This document shows, piece after piece, positions 1-12,514 of a DNA stretch of 64,000 bases. The notes under the pieces are model-generated. The model had not been told where the DNA came from. It saw nothing but the letters and a program-made list of their open reading frames with translations, and did no database searches. Numbering within the stretch: the first letter of the stretch is position 1; each line of letters starts with the position of its first letter. Source of the stretch: Adineta vaga. Taxonomy: Eukaryota; Animalia; Rotifera. Position numbers and translations under genes: made by a program. The stretch spans positions 2,666,001 to 2,730,000 of the forward strand of contig CP075493.1 in assembly GCA_021613535.1 (NCBI GenBank), written 5' to 3'.

Positions 1-1113
1 ATTTTAAATAAATAATCAATCTTATTTACTTTTTTCACAATTTTCTCCTTGAAATTGACTTGAACATATGCATCGATATCCTTTTTCTATCATTGGCTCA
101 TCCACACATCGTCCATCGTTTTGACATAAGGTCGAATCAAATGTACAAGGTCCTAGTAGAGTTCAAAATGAGCTATTATTCATAAGCAGAGCTTCACACA
201 TTCTACTACCTTTCTCACAAGCTGTTGTCAATGCATTGTACATAAAACCTAATTCACATCTCTTCATAATATATTCACCATCATTTCCACATATTATATA
301 CATATCAATACGATTGAATATAGGTAAGTAAGTATCAGATGGATGATCGCGACAAATTCCTTTCAAACTCTTGTTAATCTCATCATCTGCATCTATAATT
401 GGTTCGTATTGACAATTAACCTAGAATGATTGCGATGAAGAAGTAATACATGTATTTATGTATACGAATAATACCAATTCTGGAGCTTTACACATGAATG
501 TTTTTGGATCGAAATGAAGATTATTTCGACATTTCAAAATGTCATGCTGTTGATTTTCACGACAATAATGAAATAAAGAACAATCAAGTGTATCAGGATA
601 GATTCCTATTTGAACACATTTCGATGTTGCTGATTTCCGATGATCATCAAATCTGTACTCTACTGAAAAATCACTAAACACTTTCATTTGTTCAAGTATA
701 ATTTCGCATCTTGTTTCATTTTCCTAAGAATCAAACGTATGCAATGTGGTTTGTTGAAGAAACAAAATACTTACTAACGCGACATATTCACATCGATTAT
801 GGATGGGATTAAAAAAGAATCTATCAATACATGTATAAACTGTATGAATACCAAATATACACATATGAAAGAGTGAACAGTTAGTAGTATGAGCATAGAT
901 TCCATTTTCAGTTGGGCATTTTGAAAAATGAGGATCATCATTTGAGACCATTAATGGAATTGGAAAAACACTTCTAGCTAATTATTATTCAAAAGAAATT
1001 GAATAGATAGATGGTTCTTTTTCTTGAATCACTTAATTCTAATTCTTACCATACTCTAACTGATCACTAATTTGAATGGAAATAAGAAGAAGAATTGTCA
1101 GAAGAATATTCAT
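1..1113 (-). CDS. Secreted protein with chitin-binding type-2 (peritrophin-A/CBM14) repeats plus an EGF-like domain; 3' end runs off the window
   Basis: ATG at 1113 starts a signal peptide (MNILLTILLLISIQ). Spliced exons give three Cys-patterned repeats (CPTENGIYAHTTNCSLFHMC..C..FFNPIHNRC; CVQIGIYPDTLDCSLFHYC..C..LHFDPKTFMC; CRD..C..CELGFMYN..C), then CQNDGRC..YRCICSSQFQGENCE (EGF). Confidence 0.8.
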
Positions 1114-2708
1114 ATTTGAGTTAGTATATCTCTATGAATTAGAAAATTCGATCAATTAAAATCTATACATAGAGAGGAGTATCGGTCGCGCTTGATTTAC
1201 TTACCGTGCAATAATGAATGTTTTATATATAATGTCTTGTCTAGATACAATATTTTTATTTGAACAATCTCATCCTAGTATACTTCATCATCGATCAAAA
1301 GTTCAACTATCTAATCATTTGATGGTTTAGACGTTCTCTTTTTCTCTCCTTTTTTCTTATAATACATTGTTACATATACAGGACACCCTCAATATATTTG
1401 ACAAACATTTATATTAAGACGCTCAACTCAATGATGATTGCACGATGCTAGAAAAAGAAAGGACACTGTTTTCTAATTAGATTCCTGATGTTCTTGTTCT
1501 ATTGCGCTTGATATTTATAGAATGTTTTTATAATGAAGAGAGAAAATAGCTCAAACAAATGGAGGAGAAATATTCTTAAAGATGAATACAGTATCTCTCA
1601 TCTTCATTGAAAGAATATAATAAGCTTTGTCAACTTTATCAAACAGATTATAATAATAACATTGTTACATACTGACTCTCTGATCGTATTGTTACGTATG
1701 TGACAACATGCAAAGGTAATTAATGTTAGAGTAAGATATAAATAGATTAAAGAACTAACATAGACATATAAGCTTGTTTACAGGTGTAATTAAAGAGAAG
1801 TATGTTACTAGATCAGTTGAACAACAAAGATTTTCTTTCGCTGATAAAGTTCATTATAGACAATGCTAGTCTGTAATATAAACATTACAGATTAACAAGA
1901 AAATCCAAGGTGCCATTTATAGTAATTACGTTGTCTGAATGTAATTTTTGAGTAGCACAATGAATTACTGTCATATCATTTTATAAACAATTTTTTCTTA
2001 GCTAGATTCAATGTTCATTGAAGTTCTTACTTTCGTTTCTTCTCAAGAAAACTGAACATGTACAACATCAGAATTACCAACTATTCTATTCTTATTATTA
2101 GTTTTATTACAATATTAGTTTTGATTAGTGTTCACAAAGAAACACTACAAAGAAGAGAAAAGAAGAAAAAAAAATTACACTCATAAATGATTAAAATTAT
2201 ACGTAACTGCTGCATAGGAAATAATGTATACCTAACACATACAAACACATACATATACATGGATGATACATTCTATTTCTATACATAAATTAAAGGTGTA
2301 CTTGTAACAAGTGGATAGAATTTAATAAAACAATATTAGTTAAATTAAAAGATTGTCACTACAAAAGAAAATTACACCATATAAATAAACTTATTTCTCT
2401 TTCTTTCAGATCTAGTATTGATATGAGTTGAAATAAAAATAATAATACTAAAAAATTCATTAGATAGATAAGACATAGCACTGACAACAGCAATTAAGAA
2501 CATCAATGTCTATTTACAACCAAAAAAGAAAAGAAAGAGAGAAAGAGAGAATAAAAACAATTCGTCTAGGAAGAATTATATCAGATCTTAAAAACACAAA
2601 TGACTAAAACAAAAAATAGGATCATGGTTGACTAGTCTGTTAACTATTCACATGAATTGCATTTGACAAATGAATATATATATATATCTTGCTTATTGTT
2701 ATTCTAAT

Positions 2709-5700
2709 TCAATACACCCAACTAACAGGTACCCATTGAGGTTGATGACTAACTCGTTCAATAGCATATTGCAACTATTCAAAAAAGATTTGCTCATTAA
2801 AATCAATCAATCAATTAATTTAACTTACAGCTCGAATTGTTTCTTCAATATCATTATTAACAATAATTAAATCAAAATAATGGCCATAGGCTTGTTGTAA
2901 AAGTTCACTTTCTTTTACTAAACGTTCTAAACTTTCATCCTAATCGAAGAAAAATAAAATAATTTAAATTCTAACTATATCAAAAGATTTGTTGAACTTA
3001 CATTAACACCTTTGATTTGTGAAAGATCTGGTGCTGCAATGAAAACAACATACGGTGCAAATTCAGCTGTACGTAGAACTTTTAATGCTTGAGGTTCAAC
3101 ATCCAGAATAGCCATAAGACCTTGTCGATTGATATTTCGTATTGTTTCTAATTTCGTTCCATACATTGCATCATCGTGTGTACCATATTCGAGATATTCA
3201 TTATTCGCTATATCACGCATCATTTCTTCATGAGTAACAAAAAAGTAATTTTTGCCATTTTCTTCATCTTTCTTTGGTGGTCGTGTAGTATCTAATCGAA
3301 AGAAAAATGTTTATGTATTGAAAAAGAATAAAAAAATTAAATTATATTTACGTGGTATTGGATAAGCAAAACGTTTTGGTTGACTAGTAATTAAGGTGTT
3401 TTTAATATGACGACGACCAACACCATGTGCACCTGAAAAACTCAATTCAATATAAAAAGAAGAAGAATAATAAATAAGAAGCAATATTACCAAGTAAAAC
3501 GAGTGTTTTTCGACGAAATTCCGGTAAGCGAATGACTTCTTCATAAGTAACCAAATCGAGTTGATCAAAAACAGCATTGTGTTTAGCTAAATATTTATCT
3601 TTCATAGTTTTTCGTTTACGTCCAAATACACCACAATTAGCTACAATGAAAAGAATCTTCTCTTCGAATAATGAAATCAATGGTAACAATCTTTACCATT
3701 TCCATCTTTTGCTTTATCAATTGCACTAGTCGCAATTCTCCATTCTTGTAATTCAGGAGATGGTATTAAACCTGCTGGTGAATTATCATATTCTCCATGA
3801 TAACTATTAATCATTCGTTCATCAATATATCGATATGACGTGATTTTTTTGCCTTGCCACCAATTATGATCATCCTTGGATATTATTTGTAAAATATCTC
3901 CTATAGAAAATTTGATTCCAGCTTGTGCACTTGGAATTAAATCATCATCTTTTGGATCATAATGAAATAAAGCTTTGACATAGATCTAAAAGAAATGAAA
4001 TATTAAATAAAATAAAATCATTTCATTTCATTAATTCTTATACATCACAAGGTGGTGGTTGACTTCGATAACTAGGTACAATTTTGAATGTAATACTACC
4101 ACGTGCGTCTTTCTAAAAGAAAAGAATTCGTTTCCTTCAAGTATCTATTGGATATTTAAGTACATACAAGCATTTGTTGTAAATATTGAATTGGATGATT
4201 GGAAACAGGTTGACCATTAATTTCTTTAATTTCATCACCAACATGCAATGTACCTTGTCGATGTATCATTCCACCATTGAGAATTCGTGAAACGACACAT
4301 CGTTTATTTTCTGTCATACGAAGTGTAATACCCTAAATAAATAAAAATATTTTCATCTAATTTTTTCGATATTGTTTATTTATTCATACTAATGGTTCAT
4401 CAGTATTTCGTTGAAATTGAACAAGTCGTATACGTGTAACATCGCATGTGTTATCGTTTAATCCATCATCATCACCACGATTTTCACCTAATCCACTATT
4501 ACCATTAGTACCAACATAATCATGTTCATAATTCGTATCTGATGTTAATGTATTTTGACCGAAATATGCTGGTGTAACACGTATGGCACCATCACCATAC
4601 ACTTCTTGGGCAACAACATCATGGGCTTGTAAGAGAGACTAGAAAGAAAAGAAAAATAGATTAAAACAATCGACACCTATTCGTGAGTATCATCCCGTTT
4701 TATGTAGTGAAATATTTCGAAAATCAAAGATACTAACACGATGTAGATCACTCCTATTTTTCCCTTCATAATGTTTCAACTCAAAGGAAAAAAAACACAT
4801 TGAATTGATGGAACTTTGTCAACTACTACTTAATATACTTGATAGAAATATTTTATATCTTGCTTTGTATATACATACCATTTGCTAAATATCTCTACTT
4901 ATAATTGATGGATAGTAGACATTTATTGATCTATCTCTAGGAACAATAATACAATGATGGTTTACTCCACCCTCAGAAAAAAAAGAATAATATTATTTTT
5001 CTGCACATTTTTTTTATTCTCTTTCTTTCTCTGTTGGAATAGTCTGCCTATTGAGCATTGGAGAGTGCATGTCTATTAATCGTTTCTATGTTATCACAAA
5101 TCCATCGGAGAAATAGATGAGCTTGATTGATCCCGACGGCTATTGTAGAAATATTTAATTCAATCGCTTTATTGTTCTATTCAATTCATCATTTCGAAAA
5201 GTATTTAGATAAAAGAATACGACTTAGATTCTATAGCAATCAACTATGTTTAATCTTACTTGTTTGAAATGTTCAAGTGTACAATATAATTTTAAAGTAT
5301 ATTCATCCATAATAACGATAGTGATAAAATCAATCATACTTTTTCGTCCAAAAATGAACAATAAAAGAATGATCAAAAGAAAAGATTCATTCCATCTCAA
5401 TCTTAAAATACTAACTCGATGTTGTCGATCACTACTATTCCTCCATACATATATCTATCGTTATAGATAATCAAAAAAGACGTTGAATAAGAAAAGAATA
5501 GAAGAACGAGAAGAAAGAGGAACCAACAATCAGATTTCAATTATCTCTCTTTTCTTCGCAATTCATTCAACTATACATTAGTAAACGAGTATGTAAAAGA
5601 AAGATTGCTTCATACCTGTAAATGAGGTTCTAATAAAATATTCAAGAGATCATGAGCAATAGTTGATGCATGTTGATAAGAACCTTGTTCAATTGTAGTT

Positions 5701-8670
5701 ATAATATCAGAAACAATTTGTATAGTATTCGATTCAGGAGTAGTATATGGACGAATTTCATCTGAATTGATACGATCATATAACTAGAGAAAAAAAATAT
5801 TCGAAATAAAAATAAAAAGACTTCTTCATATTTCGAATTACTTCAAGTAATGTTCGTAATTGTTTGTCTTCAAATAGTTTTTGTAGAAAATCAAGTTCAA
5901 CACGATCACCAATCGTTAACCATTGAGTATCTTCTAATGAATCGAGTATTTGTGAAACAGCTAAATATAAAACAATAGTACTATATGGTTGATCAAAAGA
6001 GAAAGATTGAATCATGTGATTTTTATAACAACGAAAAAGAAATCGATTCGATTAATAGAATTTATACGCATCATTGAAGCAAATATGAAATCTACTGAGT
6101 ACAAATTCAGCCAAAGGCTACAAATATAGACTTGCGTTTAAAGAAAAGTTCATGGTGATTGATAGAATATTACGAATGTGCGTGATGCTGAGAATGCAAA
6201 TGGTATTTTCTCAAACGGATATTCAATCATAAGAAGGGTGTCGAGTTGTAGGAATAGAATAATTAAATACTAATCATGTACGATGAAATTTAGTCGGAAA
6301 ATTTAGAAGGAGATTTTGTGTTTGATCTATCAGTTAGTGAATAATTGTCAAATGAGACAGATATGAATTGTAGTATCTCATCATATATTTCGATAACTAT
6401 AGTATACACATCAATCAAATTTAATTACTTCCTAACGTTGAATGACAAATAGAAACTGATTGTCATTAATTATATAAAGGAAAGAAAAGATTTCATGTTC
6501 TTTTTTTCTAAATCAGTTTTAACAGAAATTAGTAAATGGTCTAATTACAGAAGAGTAGAAGTGATTCAAAATCAAACGAAACAAAAAAGAAAAAGACCGA
6601 CACTTTAATTTTTAATAATTCTCTCATATTTCTAAACTAATCGATGTTCTTTATACAATGTGTTTTTTAATCGTCGATTTGAAATTTATGAATTTTTTTC
6701 GAAAAACTTACCAGATGATGCCATATCATCGAAATCATTTAGCGATGATGTTGTCAACATATGTCCTGGTAAACCCGATGATGAATTTGATGTTGTCATC
6801 AATGAATGAAACGGTAATTGAGACCAATGAGGACTGGAAACAGCTGCTAATACGACACCCTAAATGAAATGATTATTCATTTAGAGAAACAAAAATCTCT
6901 CGACAAACGAACATATGAAATCAACATACTTTTAATTTTCGTCGTGTATTAAATTTACGAAGTTCGTCGACCGTTTCTGGTAGATGTTTTCTTATAGCAA
7001 ATTTTTCACGTTCCTAAAGTGACGAAAAGAACATTTGAGAATCTATTCTATTTTATGAGAATATTTTTTCATTGTGAATAGAATTTAGTTGAAATAGAAT
7101 GTCGTCAAGCATATACAATTAGTTTAATTATTTCCTTTCCTTTCTTTTCATGATCAAAATAAAATATTGAAGTGTAGTGATGAATCAAAAAAAGGGAAAA
7201 TTATGAAATTTATTTAACTTACTCGAATCCAAGGATGTGCAAGTGCTTCTTTAATTGTTATTCTTTCATTTTGATCGAAACATAATAAACGCGAACAAAG
7301 GTCCTTTGCTGATTCGGATATTTGATCCCAGTGTCGGCTTTGCAGCTAAATATAGATAAATTTAATCATTGATATTTTTTCTTATGAATATAAAAATACG
7401 ACTTACATTATAAACACCTGTGGAAATCATTTCAAAAACACGATTTTTCGTACCAGCAAATGGTAGATTGCCAGTCAAAAGAACGTATAGCATCACACCT
7501 AGCGCCCACATATCGACTGGTCGACCAAAACCTGGTGACTCTCGATTGACGACTTCCGGTGCCATAAACGCTGGTGTACCAATACGACTTGCTTGAACTA
7601 GACCAGATTCTGGTAATTGTAAAGCAACACCAAAACCACCTAATTTAACTGGTGCTGCATTCTCTTTCGAAGATAATAAAACACAATGAGGTTTTAAATC
7701 ACGATGAATAATTCCACGATCATGAATATAACGAACAGCTTCCAATACTTGACGCATATAATGACTAACGAGAAAAGGCATGTATGCGAGATATTAAGAA
7801 CAATGAATTTGTATAATACCTGGCTACTGCTTCACTGTAGACAAAACCAGCAAGAGCACGCTTTTCAATTTCAAAACACAAATCTGCACCATCCATACTG
7901 AAAAGATGAAGATTTAGAATCGAAATTTCACACATCATTCAATCCACTGTAAACTAGTTTCATTCTTTCGATTAATAAAAGCAATGCTATATAAAACCTG
8001 ATCCTTCGATTTTCTTCAGACATTTCAATAAATGAATTAATTACTTAACAATTAACGTGTAAATACTCCGTTACACAAAACTTTCAAAATATGAAAATAG
8101 AAACGACGATTTTTTTCTATCATCTAAACAAATCTTCATCCAAGCAATATATTCTCATTAGTAATATGATATGGCTAAGATCAACTTTCTCCCCTCTAAG
8201 AAATGAACAACACATGTGTATAAATAAGTCTTAACATACTATTCGAAAACCATAAATAGACATCCTTCAGATTCAAATGTTTCATATAATTCAACAATAT
8301 GTGGATGTTTAAGACTTGAACAAATTTTTGCTTCACGTTGTAAATCTATTCAATTGAAAGCAAGATAGAAAAGAAAGAGATTGTTTGAATTAAAATATTA
8401 CCCTCTGCTGAAAAGCCTGGTGTCGATGTAAATTGTTCAATATCAATAATTTTAACTGCAAATTGTTTATCTCCTGATTTATTTGTACATCGACGAACTA
8501 CACTAAATGGACCCCTTGGAATAAATAAATGAAAGTCAGTATTTTATTGATTTAATGAAAACAACTTTTTCATACTTTCCAATAATTTCATAGAGATTAT
8601 ATAGATCCGAAAAGCAAACTGATGAATGTCCTTCATCATCAGGTAAACTTGTTGCTGTTTCTAGATGCAT
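2709..8670 (-). CDS. CASK: Peripheral plasma membrane protein CASK/LIN-2 (CaMK-like, 2xL27, PDZ, SH3, GUK), multi-exon
   Basis: CASK-type kinase signatures HRDLKPHC and KLGGFG; L27 [10 protein letters not shown] and LLQAHDVVA; [15 protein letters not shown]; SH3 [13 protein letters not shown]; [19 protein letters not shown]; C-terminus [10 protein letters not shown] (stop 2709-2711). Confidence 0.96.
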
Positions 8671-9456
8671 GATACTCTTGAACAGATGCTCATTATAGAT
8701 AACTGAAGAAGAAAAAATAACAACAAAATTTCCTTTTGTTTTTCTAAATAGAATTGAATAAATGATAGAATGAGGGTAAGAAGAAAGTCACGATAGAAGA
8801 ATTTAAGAAAAGAAACTAATCAGGCTAATTTGATTGCATTTTTCTATCATCTTAACATGACAGATCCGATTCGAACAAAAAGATACAGCAGGGGTAACAA
8901 CAATTAACTTCAACCAATCAGAATCACTCCCAAAAAATGTAAACAAATAATACCATTAGTGTTTTCCTAGATTAAACAGTAAAAATCATAGATGAAATTT
9001 ATTTTCAATCTTTATACAATCGAATTCAACAGTATACAAACATTTTTTTATCAAATCAAAAGGAATAATATCCTTTGATTGTTTCACTGCGACCTCTGTC
9101 GTTAGAAAATACTCGAAAAACACGATGAATTATATTTAAAAAACTAATTATTTTTGTTTTCGTTACGATCAAGTGATGTTTCGTATTTCTATTTCGACGT
9201 AACAACAACATACGCAAATAAATATACACGTGCATACATCAGTCATTTTACTTTATGCGATCGATAATGTCGATGTAGACGCAAAAAAAAGAGAATCACA
9301 TGTTTTGTTTTCTTTCTTCGGATGAGTTTTGCTGTTTAGGTTTTTTTTGTTGTCATTAGTCAGCTGATATGTTTCTACACAATTTCGTACTATTTATTTT
9401 CTATTAATTTCAGAACTCTAGATATCTAAAAAAGAAAAGTACATTAATTTGAAAAA

Positions 9457-11046
9457 ATGTGTTCACCATCACCTGGTAAACGACGAATAGATACAGATGT
9501 TATTAAATTGTAAGTTTTGAAAATGAAATTCATTCGTTTATTTTCTCTTTTCTTCGATTAGAATTGAATCAAAACATCAGGTAACACTTATATCTGGCCT
9601 TAACGAATTTATGGTTAAATTTGCTGGTCCTCATGAAAGTAAATTGTTCTTTTTTTGAAGAAAACAAACAAACAAACGATTTCTTGTTTTAGCTCCGTAT
9701 GAAGGTGGTGTATGGAATATTCGAGTTGATCTACCTGATAAATATCCTTTCAAATCACCTTCAATCGGTATGTTAAAGAGAAAAAAAAACTTACCATTAG
9801 GAATAGCAATTGACTGATCGTTGTCTACTTTGGACTTGTGTTCTTCCATATACGTTATTGACATATGTCATCATAACTATAAGTTCTAGTATTTATTTAC
9901 ATCTGGACACAAATTATGGATATCATATCATTAGCGATCTAAGAGTTTTTTTCAATTGATTGCATCAAGTAGTAGTAGTAGTTGGCAAAAACAAGGATTC
10001 TCGCAATCGTTCGTAAGGACTCTCAATAAATATAGAATAGAAATAGTGTTTTCCATCGAGGACAATCTTTCGCCCTATAATAAAGCCTTAGTTTTTAGTA
10101 TTAGAGACTATTCAAGAACATCTCATATATTTCTAGGTGTTTTATTCGAAAAACGACTCTACATTTTATGGATTAAAGATTGTTACTTATTTTAGGAAAA
10201 AAAGATTATACATGAGTACACTTCATAGAAGGTCAAAGTGAACTTAAAGATATGATAATATAGATCAAGTCATTTGGAACAGTAAACCTCGGATGAAAAT
10301 TTCTTTGATACAAATGACGAGAAAACGACTCTATTTGTCTGGAAAAGAAAAATATCAAAACATTTCTGACGGATATTAAAAATGATTCGATAGCTGTCAA
10401 ATATAAGTTTTAATTAACAGATTTAAATTAAGCAAATTGTCATTTTTGATTCTTATCAGTTATATTGTATTTAGGATTTATGAATCGAATTTTCCATCCA
10501 AATATCGATGAAATGTAAGTATAGTTTGATTTTCATTGTATCATTCATTGATTTATGAAATAGGTCCGGTACTGTCTGTCTGGACGTAATCAATCAAACA
10601 TGGACTCCAATGTATGGTAAGTAGGATTCATCAATTGAAGTTCGTTTGTTTGTTTATTTATAAATCAAATAGATCTTGCTAATATTTTTGAATCTTTTCT
10701 TCCACAATTACTTGCCTATCCAAATCCGGTGGATCCGTTAAATGGTGATGCTGCAGCTCTATATCTTCACAAACCTGATGATTACAAGAAAAAAGTGCGA
10801 GGTAAATTGATACAATTAAGAAATAGAATGAAAGTCTTATTTCTGTTTTCCATTTCAATAGAATATGTTCAACGATTTGCTACAGCCGCTATGGCAGAAA
10901 GTTTAGCAGCAACGATCAACGGTCAATCATCGAATAATTCAACGAATGACACAAATAATTCCAATCAAACAAATAAAAATGAATCCGATGATGAAGTATT
11001 AAGTGATTTCAGTGAAGACGAAGCTGCCGATATGGATTTAGAATAA
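9457..11046 (+). CDS. UBE2H: Ubiquitin-conjugating enzyme E2 H, multi-exon
   Basis: [42 protein letters not shown]|[42 protein letters not shown], followed by an acidic tail. Confidence 0.95.
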
Positions 11047-12514
11047 GAAACCTGCTATATACATATATTATACTTTCTAATTATTTTTTTTTCAAGTTTT
11101 ACGTTTCATTATTATCATCTCCTATACATACTATCATATTTGTTTCGTTTTTTTCTAATGCGCACAAGAAGAACATTAGGCGATTGAAAGAGCAGAATTG
11201 ATTTCGTTTTTCTTTTCTTTTTTGTAAATAAATATTCTTGCGCGCTTTTGTTCTTTAATGCTTCGAAAACTCATATACAGTATTCATATTCTTCTTTCTT
11301 TTTCGACCAATACATACTTGTAAATCTTTTGCTCAGGTTTTGACTCCTGTATTTCCTTTCTCTTTTTTTTTCTTTTTTCGTAGACTGAACAGTGTTGTAG
11401 CGATATTCACTGCTTTCGTTTACATTAGTATACATGTGTAGATTGCATTAACATCATCATTCATAATATCCTGTATTTCGAGTTTTCATTAGCGTTTATT
11501 CGAGAAATAAAACAACGTTTATTTTATTTCATATTCATAAATTCAATCAAGAAGAAAACCATGGGGAATTATATAGAACGTATAGTTTTAGTCACTAGAG
11601 AGTAATTAGGTTTGTGTTCTCTATGATTAATTCTAGACGTTACGTACGGTAATATGTAGGGAAAAAATTGGAATGCTACCGACTTTAGAAGGAACAGATA
11701 TTTGAGAAAAATTAACTCCTGAAGTATGAATGCGTTAAAAATTATGGGTTCTATCAAGTTTTAACCAATAGTATCTAATAAAGCAAAAGTATGACATTGA
11801 ATTGAGGATACATAAAAGCTTCTTTACTATGTAATTTTGAAAAACTAAAAAAAATTCTATTTTAAGTTGATTCCCATATAATTTTTCTTAATAAACATCA
11901 CGTTGTAGTAAATGATCCGTACTGCAAGTACTTCAGTCTATTGTAAACATTGGACAACATTTTTTCAGTCCGTTTTACTAGTAGCATTCTTCTATGCCGG
12001 ATGTTAATTGCTATCAACCAACAAAGTCAATTATTGTGCGTATTATTTCATTGAGTACTTCCGAGTTTTTAGAGACATTTATGTCAAGAACACTTCGCCT
12101 TTGCAACCCTGATCTGATCAATTAAGATATGCTGCTCCTTTATTTCTGAAAACCAAGAACGCCATATAAACAGAATCTTCTATGCCCTGTACGTCAGGTA
12201 ATGTACGCTCAAAAATCCCTTTGATATCGAACGACAGTGTAAAATATCAAGAGTACTATGAAAAACTCATCGTGATACCATTGTCAAGGTCATCAAAGAC
12301 GTGAAAATTTCTACTAACATATTTTATTATCCCCGTTTTCATAATCTTTCTTTGTTTTTTGTTATTTTTTTGTTCAAGAAAAGACATCAGAACATGAATA
12401 GAAAAAGAAAACAGAATAATAATAAGTCGACATCGGAACGAACGTTATAGTAATAAAGAAAAACAAACAAAAATTGCCTCCTTATGTTTTGTTTCGCTAA
12501 GAAAATTCAAATAT

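Noticed and set aside
7600-7720. CASK GFG-for-DFG and His-Cys catalytic-loop changes as novel kinase degeneration
   Set aside because: Known, conserved features of CASK.
11560-12310. Higher-complexity stretch between the UBE2H and PTB 3' ends; possible TE or gene relic
   Set aside because: No TIR/TSD or recognisable protein motif found by eye.
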